A stretch of 64,000 nucleotides of DNA. Source: Malacoraja senta. Its lineage: Eukaryota. The stretch covers positions 4,032,001 to 4,096,000 of the forward strand of contig CM075997.1 of the NCBI GenBank assembly GCA_038087875.1, in the 5' to 3' direction. The position numbers were made by a program, and so were the translations under genes. Shown here piece by piece: positions 38,901 through 50,579 of this stretch (its first letter is position 1; the number at the start of each line of letters is the position of its first letter). The notes beneath the pieces are model-generated. The model saw only the letters and a list, made by a program, of their open reading frames with translations, was not told the origin of the DNA and ran no database searches.

Positions 38901-40099
38901 CCTGTAATGGGATGACCAGAACTGCATGCAATACAGTACTCCAAATCCTGTCTAATAAGGATTAATGTAAATATGCGCTGGGGCTTGGTAGGCTGAAGGT
39001 GTGTTTCCTTATTTTGCTGTGAGATCAAAGCCAGATCACAGCACGGTTTGGGAACAGCCCCATCCAAGACCACAAAAAAACTGTGGACAATTGTGGACGG
39101 AGCCCAGACCATCGCACAAGCCAACCTCCCTTCTATTGACTCCATCTACACCTCACGCTGCCTCGGCAAGGCCAGCGGCATCATCACGGACCAGCCTCAC
39201 CCCGGCCACTCCCTCTTTGAATTAAACCAAACTAAAATAATTTCTCAATTGAGATCTGACACCATATACATAATTGGGCTCTTTGACAGATTACATTTCC
39301 CAAGGCAATTCATAGGTAACTAAATCAAAAATAATTTGTCACCTAACCTCACAAGGTAACAACAATTTGAAATTGCATATTCAAGTCAAGTCAAGTCAAG
39401 TCAAGTTTATTTATCACATACACATACAAGATGTGCAGTGAAATGTAAGTGGCAATGCCTGCGGATTGTGCAAAAACAACAGAACAACAGAACAGAATCA
39501 GTATTTATATATTTTTTAAAGACACAACAGTAAATTGGTGGTGGAGACAATCGCTGCTGCGACCCGACCCCCGGAGATTCGGAGGCTACAACCGCGGGTC
39601 TGGCGGACGGCAACACTGGAAGCCCGCGGGTCCCCTGGTGGGAGACCGCTTTTCGGGGCTTCCGCAGCGGCGACTTCTCCCGCCCGAGTTGCGGGGTTGA
39701 AGAGCACCTGCAGCGGGGCTTTATCCCCCCGCGCGGCTTGGAATGGCCGCCGGACTTTGCGGGCGCGCGCCGGGGCTCTAACACCAAGACCCGGTGCGCG
39801 ACCTTGCATCACCCGGCGTGGCTTTAATGGCTGCGGGACAATCACCATCGCCCGCCGGGGGCTTTGACTTTGACTCTGACATCGGGGGGGGGGGGGGGGG
39901 GGGAGTGCAGTGGAGAGATACGTTATTTTTGCCTTCCATCACAGCGCTGTGATGGATGTATGTGTAAATTGTGTTGTGTCTCGGGTCTTCTTCGTTTTGT
40001 AATGTATGGCTGCAGAAACGACATTTCGTTTGGACCTCAAGGGGTCCAAATGACAAATTTGTCCAAAAAGACAAATAAATTCAATTGAATTGAATTGAA

Positions 40100-40622
40100 A
40101 TTAGTCCCTGGTGAGATTAGAGTTTACAGTCTCATCCTCTCTGTTTTCACAGCGTGACAGCGGAGGCGTTTGCCTGACCGTAGCAGCTGGAACAGTCCGT
40201 TGCTGGGGGGGTAGGGGTCCCCCATAATGTTGCTGGCTCTGGATCTGCACCTCCTGGTGTATAGTTCCTGCAGGGGGGCGAGTGTAGTTCCCATAGTGTG
40301 TTCGGCCGAACGCACTGCTCTCTGCAGAGCCTTCCTGTCCTGGGCAGAGCTGTTCCCAAACCAGATCGTGATGTTACCAGACAAGATGCTTTCTACAGCC
40401 CCAGAGTAGAAGGACTGGAGGATCCTCAGAGAGACTCTGAATTTCCTCAGCTGCCTGAGGTGGTAAAGGCGCTGCCTTGCCTTACGCCCAGTGCGGCAGC
40501 GTGTGATGTCCATGTCAGATCCTCTGTGATGTGGACCCCCGGGTATTTAAAGCTGCTCACCCTATCCACAGTAGTCCCATTTATCTCCAGTGGCGTGTAC
40601 GTCCTCGGATGTTGAGCCCTTC
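40100..40622 (-). mobile_element. Rex1/Babar-type LINE RT C-terminal fragment
   Basis: KARQRLYHLRQLRKF...FYSGAVESILSGNITIWFGNSS.QDRKALQR...LFQLLRSGKR. Related copy at ~52020-52465 (-) with (CTTGA)n tail; diverged one at ~39025-39217 (+). Confidence 0.8.
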
Positions 40623-42154
40623 TAAACTTCTGGAAACACTCAGCAGGTCAGTCAGCATCTGCAGAGAAAGGAAGGGATTTAATCTTTCAGGTCAAAGGCC
40701 CTTCATCAGAACCGATAAACTAAGGTAAAGCTTTAGAGATACAGCGCGGAAACAGGCCCTTCGGCCCACCTAGTCCGCACCGACCAGCGATAAGTCGTAT
40801 ACAAACCTACACACACCAGGGACAATTTTACAACCTATTGAAGCGAATTAACCTACAAACCTGCAGGTCTTTGGAGTGTGGGAGGAAACTGGAGCATCCG
40901 GAGAAAACCCACGCGGTCACGGGGAGAACGTACAAACTCCGCACAGACAGCACCCGTAGTCAGGATCAAACCCGGGTCTCTGGCTCTGTAAGGCAGCAAC
41001 TCTACCGTTGCATGGTAAAGAGTGCTAGATAGGGCTCTTAAAGATAGCGGAGTCAGGGGATATGGGGAGAAGGCAGGAACGGGGTACTGATTGGGGATGA
41101 TCAGCCATAATCACATTGAATGGCGATGCTGGCTTGAAGGGCCGAATGGCCTACTCCTGCACCTAAGCGACTTTGAGTCCTGAAAAGCGCTATATAAATA
41201 AAATCTATTATTATTATTATTATTGTCTGTTGTCTATTGCCACCATGCACAGTGTAGGTAGAACGTGCAAACTCCGTACAGACAGCACCTCTAGTCCGGA
41301 TGGAACCCAGGTCTCTGGCGCTGTGAGGCAGCAACTCTACCGCTGCGCCTCTGTGATTGACCAATTCTTTCCATTCATTGACTTACAATGACCTGGGCAA
41401 TGTAAATAGTCTCTGCACGTGCCTGACATGGAAACACTTCACAATAGACAATAGACAATAGACAATAGGTGCAGGAGTAGGCCATTTGGCCCTTCGAGCC
41501 AGCACCGCCATTCAATGTGATCATGGCTGATCATCCCCAATCAATACCCCGTTCCTGCCTTCTCCCCATATCCCCTGACTCCTCTATTTTTAAGAGCCCT
41601 ATCTAGTTCTCTCTTGAAAGCATCCAGAGAACCTGCCTCCACTGCCTTCTGAGGCAGAGAATTCCACAGACTCACCACTTTCTGTGAGAAAAAGTGTTTC
41701 CTCGTCTCCGTTCTAAATGGCTTAACCCCTTATTCTTAAACTGTGGCCCCTGGTTCTGGACTCCCCCAACATCGGGAACATGTTTCCTGCCTCTAGCGTG
41801 TCCAAGCCCTTATGTTTCAATGAGATACCCTCTCATCCTTCTAAACTCCAGAGTGTACAAGCCCAGCTGCTCCATTCTCTCAGCATATGACCATCCCAGC
41901 TCACATCCGCCCTCCCTCCCCCTAATCACCATGCCTCAGTAGCTCACTAGAAGGTCAGAGTACATTTACCAAAGAGTTTGATGACATTCCCTCGAACTGG
42001 CATGAATGTGCAGTTCCAGGAAATGGTGACAACCACATTGTCTGTGGTGGAGTTCGTCACCGAATTAGCTCGTTATCAGAGACATCCTACCCCATCCTAC
42101 CCCGCTGGAGTAACTCAGCGGGACAGGCAGCATCTCTGGAGAGAAGGAATGGGG

Positions 42155-42182
42155 GACGTTTCGGGTCGAGACCCTTCATCAG
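42155..42182 (-). ncRNA. Minimal type-I hammerhead motif in a Penelope-like terminal repeat (canonical CUGAUGA copy)
   Basis: CUGAUGA-A-GGGUC(UC)GACCC-GAAAC-GUC. CUGAAGA variants at 25524-25551 (-), 43123-43150 (+), 49576-49603 (+), ~15716-15743 (-) and ~42395-42422 (-). Confidence 0.7.
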
Positions 42183-42776
42183 ACTGAGAGTCAGGGGGGG
42201 AGGGAGACATAGGTTGAAGGAACAGGAGCCTGAAGACTGCAACGACCAGGTTCAGGGATAGCTACTTCCCCACAGCCATCATGCTATTAAACTTGTTAAA
42301 GAAGGAACTGCAGATGCTGGAAAATCGAAGGTACACAAAAATGCTGGAGAAACTCAGCGGGTGCAGCAGCATCTATGGAGCGAAGGAAATAGGCAACGTT
42401 TCGGGCCGAAACCCTTCTTCAGACTGATAGGGGGTGGGGAGAAGAAAGGAAAAAAGGAAAAAGGCGGAGGAGGAGCCCGAGGGCTGGGGGAGGGGAGGAG
42501 ACAACCAGAGGGCTGATGAAGGGGAGGGGACAGCAAGGGCTAGCAGAATTAGGAGAATTCAATGTTCAAGCCCCCAGGATGTAGACTGCCCAAGCGGAAT
42601 ATGAGGTGCATTTCCTCCAATTTACGGTGTTGCTCGCTGTGGCCATGGAGGAGACCCAGGACAGAGAGGTCAGATACGGAATGGGAGGGGGAGTTGAAGT
42701 GCTGAGAAACCGGGAGGTCAGGTTGGTTATTGCGGACCGACCGGAGGTGTTCGGCGAAACGATAGCCAAGGCTATT

Positions 42777-43173
42777 AAACTTGGCTTGGACAAAACTCTG
42801 AACATTAATGGCCCATTATCTGTTATTTGCACTTTATCAGTTTATTTATTCATGTGTGTATTTACGTATATAATGGTATATGGACACACTGATCTGTTCT
42901 GTATTCATGTCCACTATATTCTGTTGTGCTGAAGCAAAGCAAGAATTTCATTGTCCTATCTGGGACACATGACAATAAACTCTCTTGAATTCTTGAATTC
43001 TTGAATATATGGAAGGGTAAGGTGTGAAAACACAGATTAAAGGGGACGACGATCAAGGAAATGTAAAATGGAGAGAAGGAATAAGCGACGTTTTAGGTCG
43101 AGACCTTTCATCCGACATTAGTCTGAAGAAGGGTCTCGACCCGAAACGTCACCTATTCCTTCTCCCCATAGAT
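42777..43173 (+). repeat. 397-bp direct duplication, left copy (flanks the L1)
   Basis: Identical by inspection to 49230-49626 (offset 6453). The ORF track shows identical 64-aa translations at 42862 and 49315. Confidence 0.92.
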
Positions 43174-43178
43174 CTGCA

Positions 43179-43805
43179 GTGAATGATTTGGAAGCTGCTG
43201 TGGAAGTGATGGCTGGAGAGATGCAGACTATGAAGTCAGAAATAGATAGTCTCAAGAACCAAGTCACAAAGGTTTCGAATAAATGTGTTGACCTAGAAGC
43301 TCGCTCAAGACGCCAAAATATAAGAATACGGGGTGTAAAAGAGGGAGCCGAGGGGGACAATGTTTGTGAGTTCGCTGCCAACCTAATTAAACACGTACTG
43401 AAGCTACCAGAAGCACCTGTAATTGAAGTAGCACATCGACTCCCCAGATTTAAATCAAGATCTCAAGGAGAACGTGCCTACCCACGACAGATCATAATTA
43501 AACTTCGGGATATCTCAACAATGGAAGCGCTGATGAAAAAAATCAACCACGGAGAGAAGATGATGTACAGAGGTGATACTATTAAACTCCTACGGGACTA
43601 CCCTTATGAGATTGAGCAAAAGAGAAGAAAGTTCTCACAGACCAGAGAAGTTCTTTATGGTGTTAAGGGAGTTTTATGTGGAGTGTTTTATCCGGCTAGA
43701 ATGCGTATCACCTTTGAGGGAGTGTCAAAAACATTCACTAATTCCGATGAATCTCTCAAATACGCTCAAGAAATCGCGACTAAGGCTGCATCAACTGGAG
43801 ACTGA
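43179..43805 (+). CDS. L1 ORF1p C-terminal part (5'-truncated; end of coiled coil, RRM, CTD)
   Basis: DLEARSRRQNIRIRGVKEGAE, IEVAHRL, PRQIIIK, DYP...KRRKF and FYPARMRI motifs typical of L1 ORF1p. Confidence 0.85.
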   Translation: MNDLEAAVEVMAGEMQTMKSEIDSLKNQVTKVSNKCVDLEARSRRQNIRIRGVKEGAEGDNVCEFAANLIKHVLKLPEAPVIEVAHRLPRFKSRSQGERAYPRQIIIKLRDISTMEALMKKINHGEKMMYRGDTIKLLRDYPYEIEQKRRKFSQTREVLYGVKGVLCGVFYPARMRITFEGVSKTFTNSDESLKYAQEIATKAASTGD

Positions 43806-45021
43806 AAACCAAGACGACATGAACAAACGAACTTGCTTATTCTTCCAACAAGAATATCACAAGGAAAGTGAATTAACTGAACACTGATTCTTTATTTTTT
43901 ATTTGACTTCAAGCAACAGATTCTTAGTGAGACGTGGCTAGACATTATTATCTTCGCTGGAACATTGTGCTATGTAATTCAAGGACACTACGTGCTCAAA
44001 CGAGGAAAACCTGATAACGGGACGAACTGCTGGGCTGAGAGTGAAAAACATCACATGGCTTATATTGTTTATAAAAAACTGAAAAAACTGAGAACTAATA
44101 ATAATTAACAATTAACAATACTAATATAGAAATAGCAATTGAAATAGATAAAAAATGTGCAGTCTGCTCTGTTTAGCAGATAACAGCAAGTGCTATGCAG
44201 CTCGAGAGTGGAGGGAGGGGGAGACCGGGTACCTGGCATAACTCCAGGAGCCAGACTCCCGTTAACCCTTCCAGCGAACAGCTCATTTTTAACAATATTA
44301 AAATCAATTTAAAATAGTTAAGAGATAATATACACTCGAGGTTGATATGAAAAATATATACGGCTTATATAGTTTTACAAAATGCTGAGAATTAATCATA
44401 ATTAATAATTAACAATACTAATATAGAAATAATATTTGAAACTGATAAAACTGTGGTGCCTGCGTCATAACGCAGACAGCAGTTATCACCTATGTTCGCA
44501 GCTCGTGGAGAGGAGAGGAGATCAGGCACCTGGCACAATTCCAGGAACCTGACTCCGGTTAATCCACTCAGTAAACCGCTCACTTTAACAATACTAAATT
44601 CATTTTAAAATAGTTAAGAGATAAAGAGTGAGTAGGATATGGAATCGAATACATTTGACATATATATAAATTGTAACTGGGTGAAATAGAACTGAATTGG
44701 AAACGGTAATGACCCCATAGATTTTGGGTAATAAATACAGCGGGGCTAACTTTATACCAACTACGCCGGAAGCGTTATGGATGTCGTACCCCACAGACGA
44801 GTGGGCCACTCACTACGGTGTTGAAATTTTAGACACCGTAAATTTATTTGATTTATATATATTTTTTTTAATCACAATATGTCACATCTGTGTGTTTTTT
44901 CTTCAAGGACAATCGCGCAGGAGAACTACCAAGGAAGTCTATAATAGAAATACTCCCAAAATAACCAGAGTCCGGAGGTATGAACGCACCACAATAATTA
45001 AGGTCATTAAAATTGGTAAAA

Positions 45022-48000
45022 ATGCATGACGACAATCAAAAGAAAATAGGAGGAATCACATTATGTAGTTGGAATATAAGGGGGATTAATGAACCTATTA
45101 AAAGGGGCAAGATACTAGCTCAGTTGAAATCATACAACACGGACATAGCGTTTCTACAGGAAACACATCTTAAACAGCAAGATCAGACAAGACTGAGGGC
45201 GAACTGGATAGGCCAAACATTTCACTCTTCATTTACCTCCAAATCTAGAGGTACTGCAATTATTATTCGTAAAGGAATTCCATTTAAATCAAAGAACACT
45301 ATTTTAGATAAGGAAGGGAGATATCTTATAGTAGCAGGGGAGATCAATAACATGCCAATTACGCTGGTAAATATATATGCGCCCAACTTTGATAACCCTC
45401 AATTTTTTAATAAAATTCTGAATATAATTGCAGAATCTAATTATCAAAATGTTATAATCGGAGGAGATTTTAATTGTGTTTTAGATCCTTATTTAGATAA
45501 ATCGATGCAAAAACAAAAAGGTCAGACGAAATCTAAAACCAGTGAACTCTTACACACATATATGGAAAACACAAATATAACAGATGTATGGAGGATTGCA
45601 AACCCGACGGGAAGGGATTACTCGTTTTATTCAATGGTGCATAAAACATATTCACGGATAGACTATTTTCTAGTGGATACAAAATTAATTTCGCAATCTC
45701 TGAATCCTAAATATCATATTAATGCGATCTCAGATCATTCTCCGTTAACTTTTGTTCTAAAACTAGAAGGAATGTCTATGAATAAACCGTTCTGGAGGTT
45801 TAACTCACAAATTTTAAAAGACCCTCAAGGGAGTATCTATCTAAAAAAACAGATGGATCTATTTTTTGAGTTAAATGATACACCAGAGATATCCCCCACG
45901 CTATTATGGGAATCCTTCAAAGCATTTATAAGAGGAGTCATTATTTCATTTCAAGCCTATCAAAATAAAAAGAATAAGAATGAACAAAGACACTTAGAAG
46001 ATCAAATAAAACAGTTAGATATAGATAATGCTAAAGACCCAACTATGGATAAACATAATAAAATACTACTACTGAAATTTCAGTTAAATAAATTACTGTC
46101 AGAGAAAGTTATAACATTATTTCAAATCACAAAACAAGAACACTTCGAATTCGGGGACAAACCCCACAAACTTCTAGCACGACAACTTAAAAAACGGGAA
46201 AAAGAGAATGCAATATTAAAGATTAAATCAGATAGAGGGGAAGTATTAACACTACCCAAGGATATTAATAAAAGATTTGCTCAATTTTACCAGAATCTAT
46301 ACACATCTAAAACGTCAATAGACAATAATAAAATCTCAGAATTTTTAGATAATTGTAATCTACCACAATTAGAACGCAGGGAACAAGAGGAACTGGGAGC
46401 ACAAATTACTTCTAAGGAGATAGAAGACACAATAAAAACACTAAAAAATGGAAAAACACCAGGACCAGACGGATTCAGTAATGAATTTTATAAATCTTTT
46501 TATGATATAGTTACTCCACGATTACAAAAAATGTATACATATGCTTATAAAGAGCAAAACCTACCTGAAACACTAGCGGAATCAACGATCATATTAATAC
46601 TTAAAAAAGATAAAAATATAGAAGAACCAGGATCATATAGAGCTATTGGTTTGTTAAATACGGATCAGAAAATAATAGCAAAAACATTAGCCAATAGATT
46701 AAGCAAGTATGTTAGTAGACTAATACATGAGGATCAAACAGGATTTATACCTAAGAGACACTCATTTAATAATTTGAGACGTTTGCTTAACATAATGCAT
46801 TCATATAAATCTTATGACGAAGAGTTAGCTATCATCTCACTGGACGCAGAAAAAGCGTTTGATCAAGTAGAATGGGACTATATGATCAAAGTATTGCAAA
46901 AATTCCAATTGGGAGAAAACTTTATTGCATGGATAAAACTACTATATAACAAACCTACGGCTAGAATACTAACTAATAATATATTATCTTCAAAATTCGA
47001 ATTATCTAGGGGCAACAGACAAGGATGTTCACTATCACCGCTGTTATTTGCTTTGGTAATTGAACCCCTTGCTGAAAAAATAAGAACACACTCGAATATT
47101 CACGGTTATAACACAAAATATTCAAACAACAAACTATCCCTATATGCTGATGATGTACTACTGTACATCACAAAACCACAAATTAGTATACCAAATATAT
47201 TAAACTTAATTGAGGACTTTGGATCCTTTTCAGGATATAGAATAAATTGGAACAAAAGTGAAATTATGTCGATTAAACCAAAAGACTCAACACATCTCAG
47301 GAAATTCCCTTTTAAAATAGCTATGGAAAAATTCAAATATTTAGGAATTGAGATTACTAGAAATTACCATGATATGTTTAAAGCTAATTATAATCCCCTA
47401 CTTAAGAAATTAAATAATCTGATTAAATTTTGGAAAACACTTCCGATGTCCTTAATAGGTAGGATAAATGCTATAAAAATGATTTTCTTACCACAAATCC
47501 TTTACCTATTTCAATCAATACCTATATATCTCCCAAAAAAGTTTTTCAAAAAACTGGATTCAGACATTACAAATTTTATATGGGATTACAAATCCCACAG
47601 AATACAAAGAACACACCTTAACAAACGAAAAGAGTTGGGGGGTCTAGCGCTCCCTAACTTTATGTATTATAACTGGGCAGTAAATATTAAAAATATGATT
47701 CACCTGCTGGACAATTCTGCCCAGCAGGTGGACTGGATTATAATGGAAAAAGGGGATTGCTCCCCGAATAATATAGGAGCGATTATTCTCTCTCCAATAA
47801 ATTTGAATAATAAAAATTATAATAAAAATCCAATTATATATAGCACTATTAGAACATGGAAGCAAATAAAACAGAATCTAAAATTAAGAAACCTATCTCT
47901 CTTAATACCAATAGTCAATAACCCATCGTTTAAACCTTCAATCATAGATAAAGCATTTATACAATGGGAAAGAATGGGAATTAAAACGCTCGAAGATCTG

Positions 48001-48813
48001 TATGAATTAGAAAAATTACTATCATTCCAACAACTACAACTGAAATATAATTTGAAAAATAATCAATATTTTAAATATATACAAATCTGTGACTATTTGA
48101 AAACACACACAAAAGATTATTATAATATGTCTTCCGACTTACTAGATGAAGCAATGAAGACAAAGGCGGAATCAGTTAATTTAATATCATACTTATATAA
48201 TATCATCTTAAATATAGAAATACCCACAACAGATGGAATTAGAAGAGATTGGGAACAAGATCTAGGTATAAAAATTACAAAAGAAAGTTGGGATAATCAT
48301 TTATTACAGGTGCATAAATGCTCGATCAACGTACGACATACGCTTATCCAATTTAAAACATTACATAGATTATATTATTCAAAAACCAAACTAAATAAAA
48401 TCTTTCCTAACGTCTCATCAATCTGTGATAAATGTATATGTCAAGAAGCTACCATAGCACATTCTTTTGTTTTTTGTACAAAAATCCAAAAATTCTGGTT
48501 TGAAATATTTGATATTTTTTCAAAATTAATCAAAATAAAACTGGTACCAAAACCAGAATGGATTATTTTTGGAATATCGGAAGGTATTCCTGAATTAAAC
48601 GTGTATCAGAAGAATTTACTCAATTATGGGCTAATAATGGGAAAAAAGCTTATACTTAAATTCTGGAAAAATGCGCCCACACCAACAATAAAAATGTGGA
48701 CATCAAATATGTTGGAAACATTACATCTGGAAGAGATGAGATTCCTCCTAGTAGGTAAAGTAGATCAATTTCAAAAGACGTGGTCTACGTTTTTGGACCT
48801 ATTACAAGCATGA
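45022..48813 (+). CDS. L1 ORF2p (APE endonuclease + reverse transcriptase + C-terminal Cys/His knuckle), 1263 aa
   Basis: SWNIRGIN, LQETH, GGDFN, SRIDY, SDHSP (EN); QGCSLSPLLF, LYADD (RT); CDKC...H....C. The frame is uninterrupted. Confidence 0.97.
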   Translation: MHDDNQKKIGGITLCSWNIRGINEPIKRGKILAQLKSYNTDIAFLQETHLKQQDQTRLRANWIGQTFHSSFTSKSRGTAIIIRKGIPFKSKNTILDKEGRYLIVAGEINNMPITLVNIYAPNFDNPQFFNKILNIIAESNYQNVIIGGDFNCVLDPYLDKSMQKQKGQTKSKTSELLHTYMENTNITDVWRIANPTGRDYSFYSMVHKTYSRIDYFLVDTKLISQSLNPKYHINAISDHSPLTFVLKLEGMSMNKPFWRFNSQILKDPQGSIYLKKQMDLFFELNDTPEISPTLLWESFKAFIRGVIISFQAYQNKKNKNEQRHLEDQIKQLDIDNAKDPTMDKHNKILLLKFQLNKLLSEKVITLFQITKQEHFEFGDKPHKLLARQLKKREKENAILKIKSDRGEVLTLPKDINKRFAQFYQNLYTSKTSIDNNKISEFLDNCNLPQLERREQEELGAQITSKEIEDTIKTLKNGKTPGPDGFSNEFYKSFYDIVTPRLQKMYTYAYKEQNLPETLAESTIILILKKDKNIEEPGSYRAIGLLNTDQKIIAKTLANRLSKYVSRLIHEDQTGFIPKRHSFNNLRRLLNIMHSYKSYDEELAIISLDAEKAFDQVEWDYMIKVLQKFQLGENFIAWIKLLYNKPTARILTNNILSSKFELSRGNRQGCSLSPLLFALVIEPLAEKIRTHSNIHGYNTKYSNNKLSLYADDVLLYITKPQISIPNILNLIEDFGSFSGYRINWNKSEIMSIKPKDSTHLRKFPFKIAMEKFKYLGIEITRNYHDMFKANYNPLLKKLNNLIKFWKTLPMSLIGRINAIKMIFLPQILYLFQSIPIYLPKKFFKKLDSDITNFIWDYKSHRIQRTHLNKRKELGGLALPNFMYYNWAVNIKNMIHLLDNSAQQVDWIIMEKGDCSPNNIGAIILSPINLNNKNYNKNPIIYSTIRTWKQIKQNLKLRNLSLLIPIVNNPSFKPSIIDKAFIQWERMGIKTLEDLYELEKLLSFQQLQLKYNLKNNQYFKYIQICDYLKTHTKDYYNMSSDLLDEAMKTKAESVNLISYLYNIILNIEIPTTDGIRRDWEQDLGIKITKESWDNHLLQVHKCSINVRHTLIQFKTLHRLYYSKTKLNKIFPNVSSICDKCICQEATIAHSFVFCTKIQKFWFEIFDIFSKLIKIKLVPKPEWIIFGISEGIPELNVYQKNLLNYGLIMGKKLILKFWKNAPTPTIKMWTSNMLETLHLEEMRFLLVGKVDQFQKTWSTFLDLLQA

Positions 48814-49229
48814 GGTGCAATAGTAATTTAGAAAAACAAATAAATAAATAAAAGGTATCTGGACCTGGTAATGGGAGGTAAAATAAAAACAGACTTGGTT
48901 GGTAGTTCCTTCTCTATGAAGTATAGTATAAGAGTTATAATAGAGCGATTGTTCCTTCTTTCTTTCTCTTTTTTTTTTCTAGGGTCTATTTTCTAACTTT
49001 ACTTCCTTCTCTAACCTCTTCTCTAAGGGGCTTTCTTTTCCCAACACTCTTTTGCACTTCACAACCTTTGCGCACTTTCTTCACTTTTCTTACTTCTTTC
49101 TTTTTCTTTCTTAAAGTTTAAAAAAATGAAGCGGTACAAAAAATGTATTAATATATACGTGTTGTACATTACTGTAATCTACCGTACTTCTAAAAAATAA
49201 AATAAAAAAAAATAAAAAAAAAAATAAAA

Positions 49230-49626
49230 AAACTTGGCTTGGACAAAACTCTGAACATTAATGGCCCATTATCTGTTATTTGCACTTTATCAGTTTATTT
49301 ATTCATGTGTGTATTTACGTATATAATGGTATATGGACACACTGATCTGTTCTGTATTCATGTCCACTATATTCTGTTGTGCTGAAGCAAAGCAAGAATT
49401 TCATTGTCCTATCTGGGACACATGACAATAAACTCTCTTGAATTCTTGAATTCTTGAATATATGGAAGGGTAAGGTGTGAAAACACAGATTAAAGGGGAC
49501 GACGATCAAGGAAATGTAAAATGGAGAGAAGGAATAAGCGACGTTTTAGGTCGAGACCTTTCATCCGACATTAGTCTGAAGAAGGGTCTCGACCCGAAAC
49601 GTCACCTATTCCTTCTCCCCATAGAT
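49230..49626 (+). repeat. 397-bp direct duplication, right copy
   Basis: Begins at the end of the L1 poly(A) and matches 42777-43173. Confidence 0.92.
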
Positions 49627-49884
49627 GCTGCCTGCCCCGCTGAGTATCTCCAGCATTTTTGTCTGCCTTTGATTTTTCCAGCATCTGCAGTTCCTTCTTA
49701 AACAAAGGAAATGTAAATAGTACATTGTTAACTGAGGGGAAGGTGACAACGAGGCATACAATCAGTTATATTTAATCAGGAGAACAAAAAAACAGTCAGA
49801 GAAGTAGGGTTGGGGAGGGATGGAGAGAGAGGAAAACGTCGCCCATTCTTTCTCTCCAGAGATGCTGCCTGTCGCGTTGAGTTA

Positions 49885-50458
49885 AGGGCCTGTCCCACTT
49901 GGGCCGTCACTTAGGCAACAGGCCAGTAGTGACGGTCACGCAACGGTCCCGCGAGAGTCGCGTGCGTCACCATGCGCCCGCACAGCCGTCTGGAGCACGT
50001 GACGTCATTTGAAGATGGACACAAAATGCTGGAGTAACTCAGCGGGACCGGCAGCATCTCTGGAGAGAAGGGATGGATGATGTTTCGGGTCGAGACTTCT
50101 TCTTCAGTCTGAAAGAAGGGTCTCGACCCGAAACGTCACCCATTCCTTCTCTCCAGAGATGCTGCCGGTCCCGCTGAGTTACTCCAGCATTTTGTGTCTA
50201 TCTCCAATCGTCTTGGCCCCGCTCTGGGAGTAGGAGTGGGGGCGGATCCGGATCCGCAACGGCCGTGAGCCCCAGGCCGAGCTCGGCGATCGTTTGCCTG
50301 CTTCTGCTGCTGTTGGAGGTGGGATGTTGCGTCGCGCCAAGGTCTTGGGCCTGTCCCACTTTGGCCGTCAGTTACGCGACAGGCCAGCGGCGCGCAAAGA
50401 TTTCGTGCAAATGCGCGCGTAAATGGCGAGCGAAAGACAGCCAAGTGGGACAGGCCCT
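49885..50458. mobile_element. PIF/Harbinger-like MITE containing an inverted Penelope-terminal pair
   Basis: TIR AGGGCCTGTCCCACTTGG; TTA TSD (49882-49884, 50459-50461); extra internal TIR ~50347. Confidence 0.75.
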
Positions 50459-50579
50459 TTACTCCAGTTTTTTGTGTCTATCTTCTGTTTACTGTAACTT
50501 GCTTCCTGCATTGTCCCGGGGGCATTTGGACAGTTGTTTTTCCTGTCTGCTCGCTTTAGATAATGGGTGTTGTGTTTCA

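Larger units (their letters stand above)
43174..49229 (+). mobile_element. 5'-truncated L1-clade LINE with intact ORF2
   Basis: ORF1 3' part, ~1.2 kb spacer, ORF2, pyrimidine-rich 3' UTR, A-rich tail ~49191-49232; inserted at TT/AAAC. Confidence 0.95.

Noticed and set aside
44150..44290. Possible twister ribozyme (AGUGGAGGG ... UAAC)
   Set aside because: The required L4 loop (UCCnAAGC-type) and P2 pairing are not present. Kept only as an unclassified structure.
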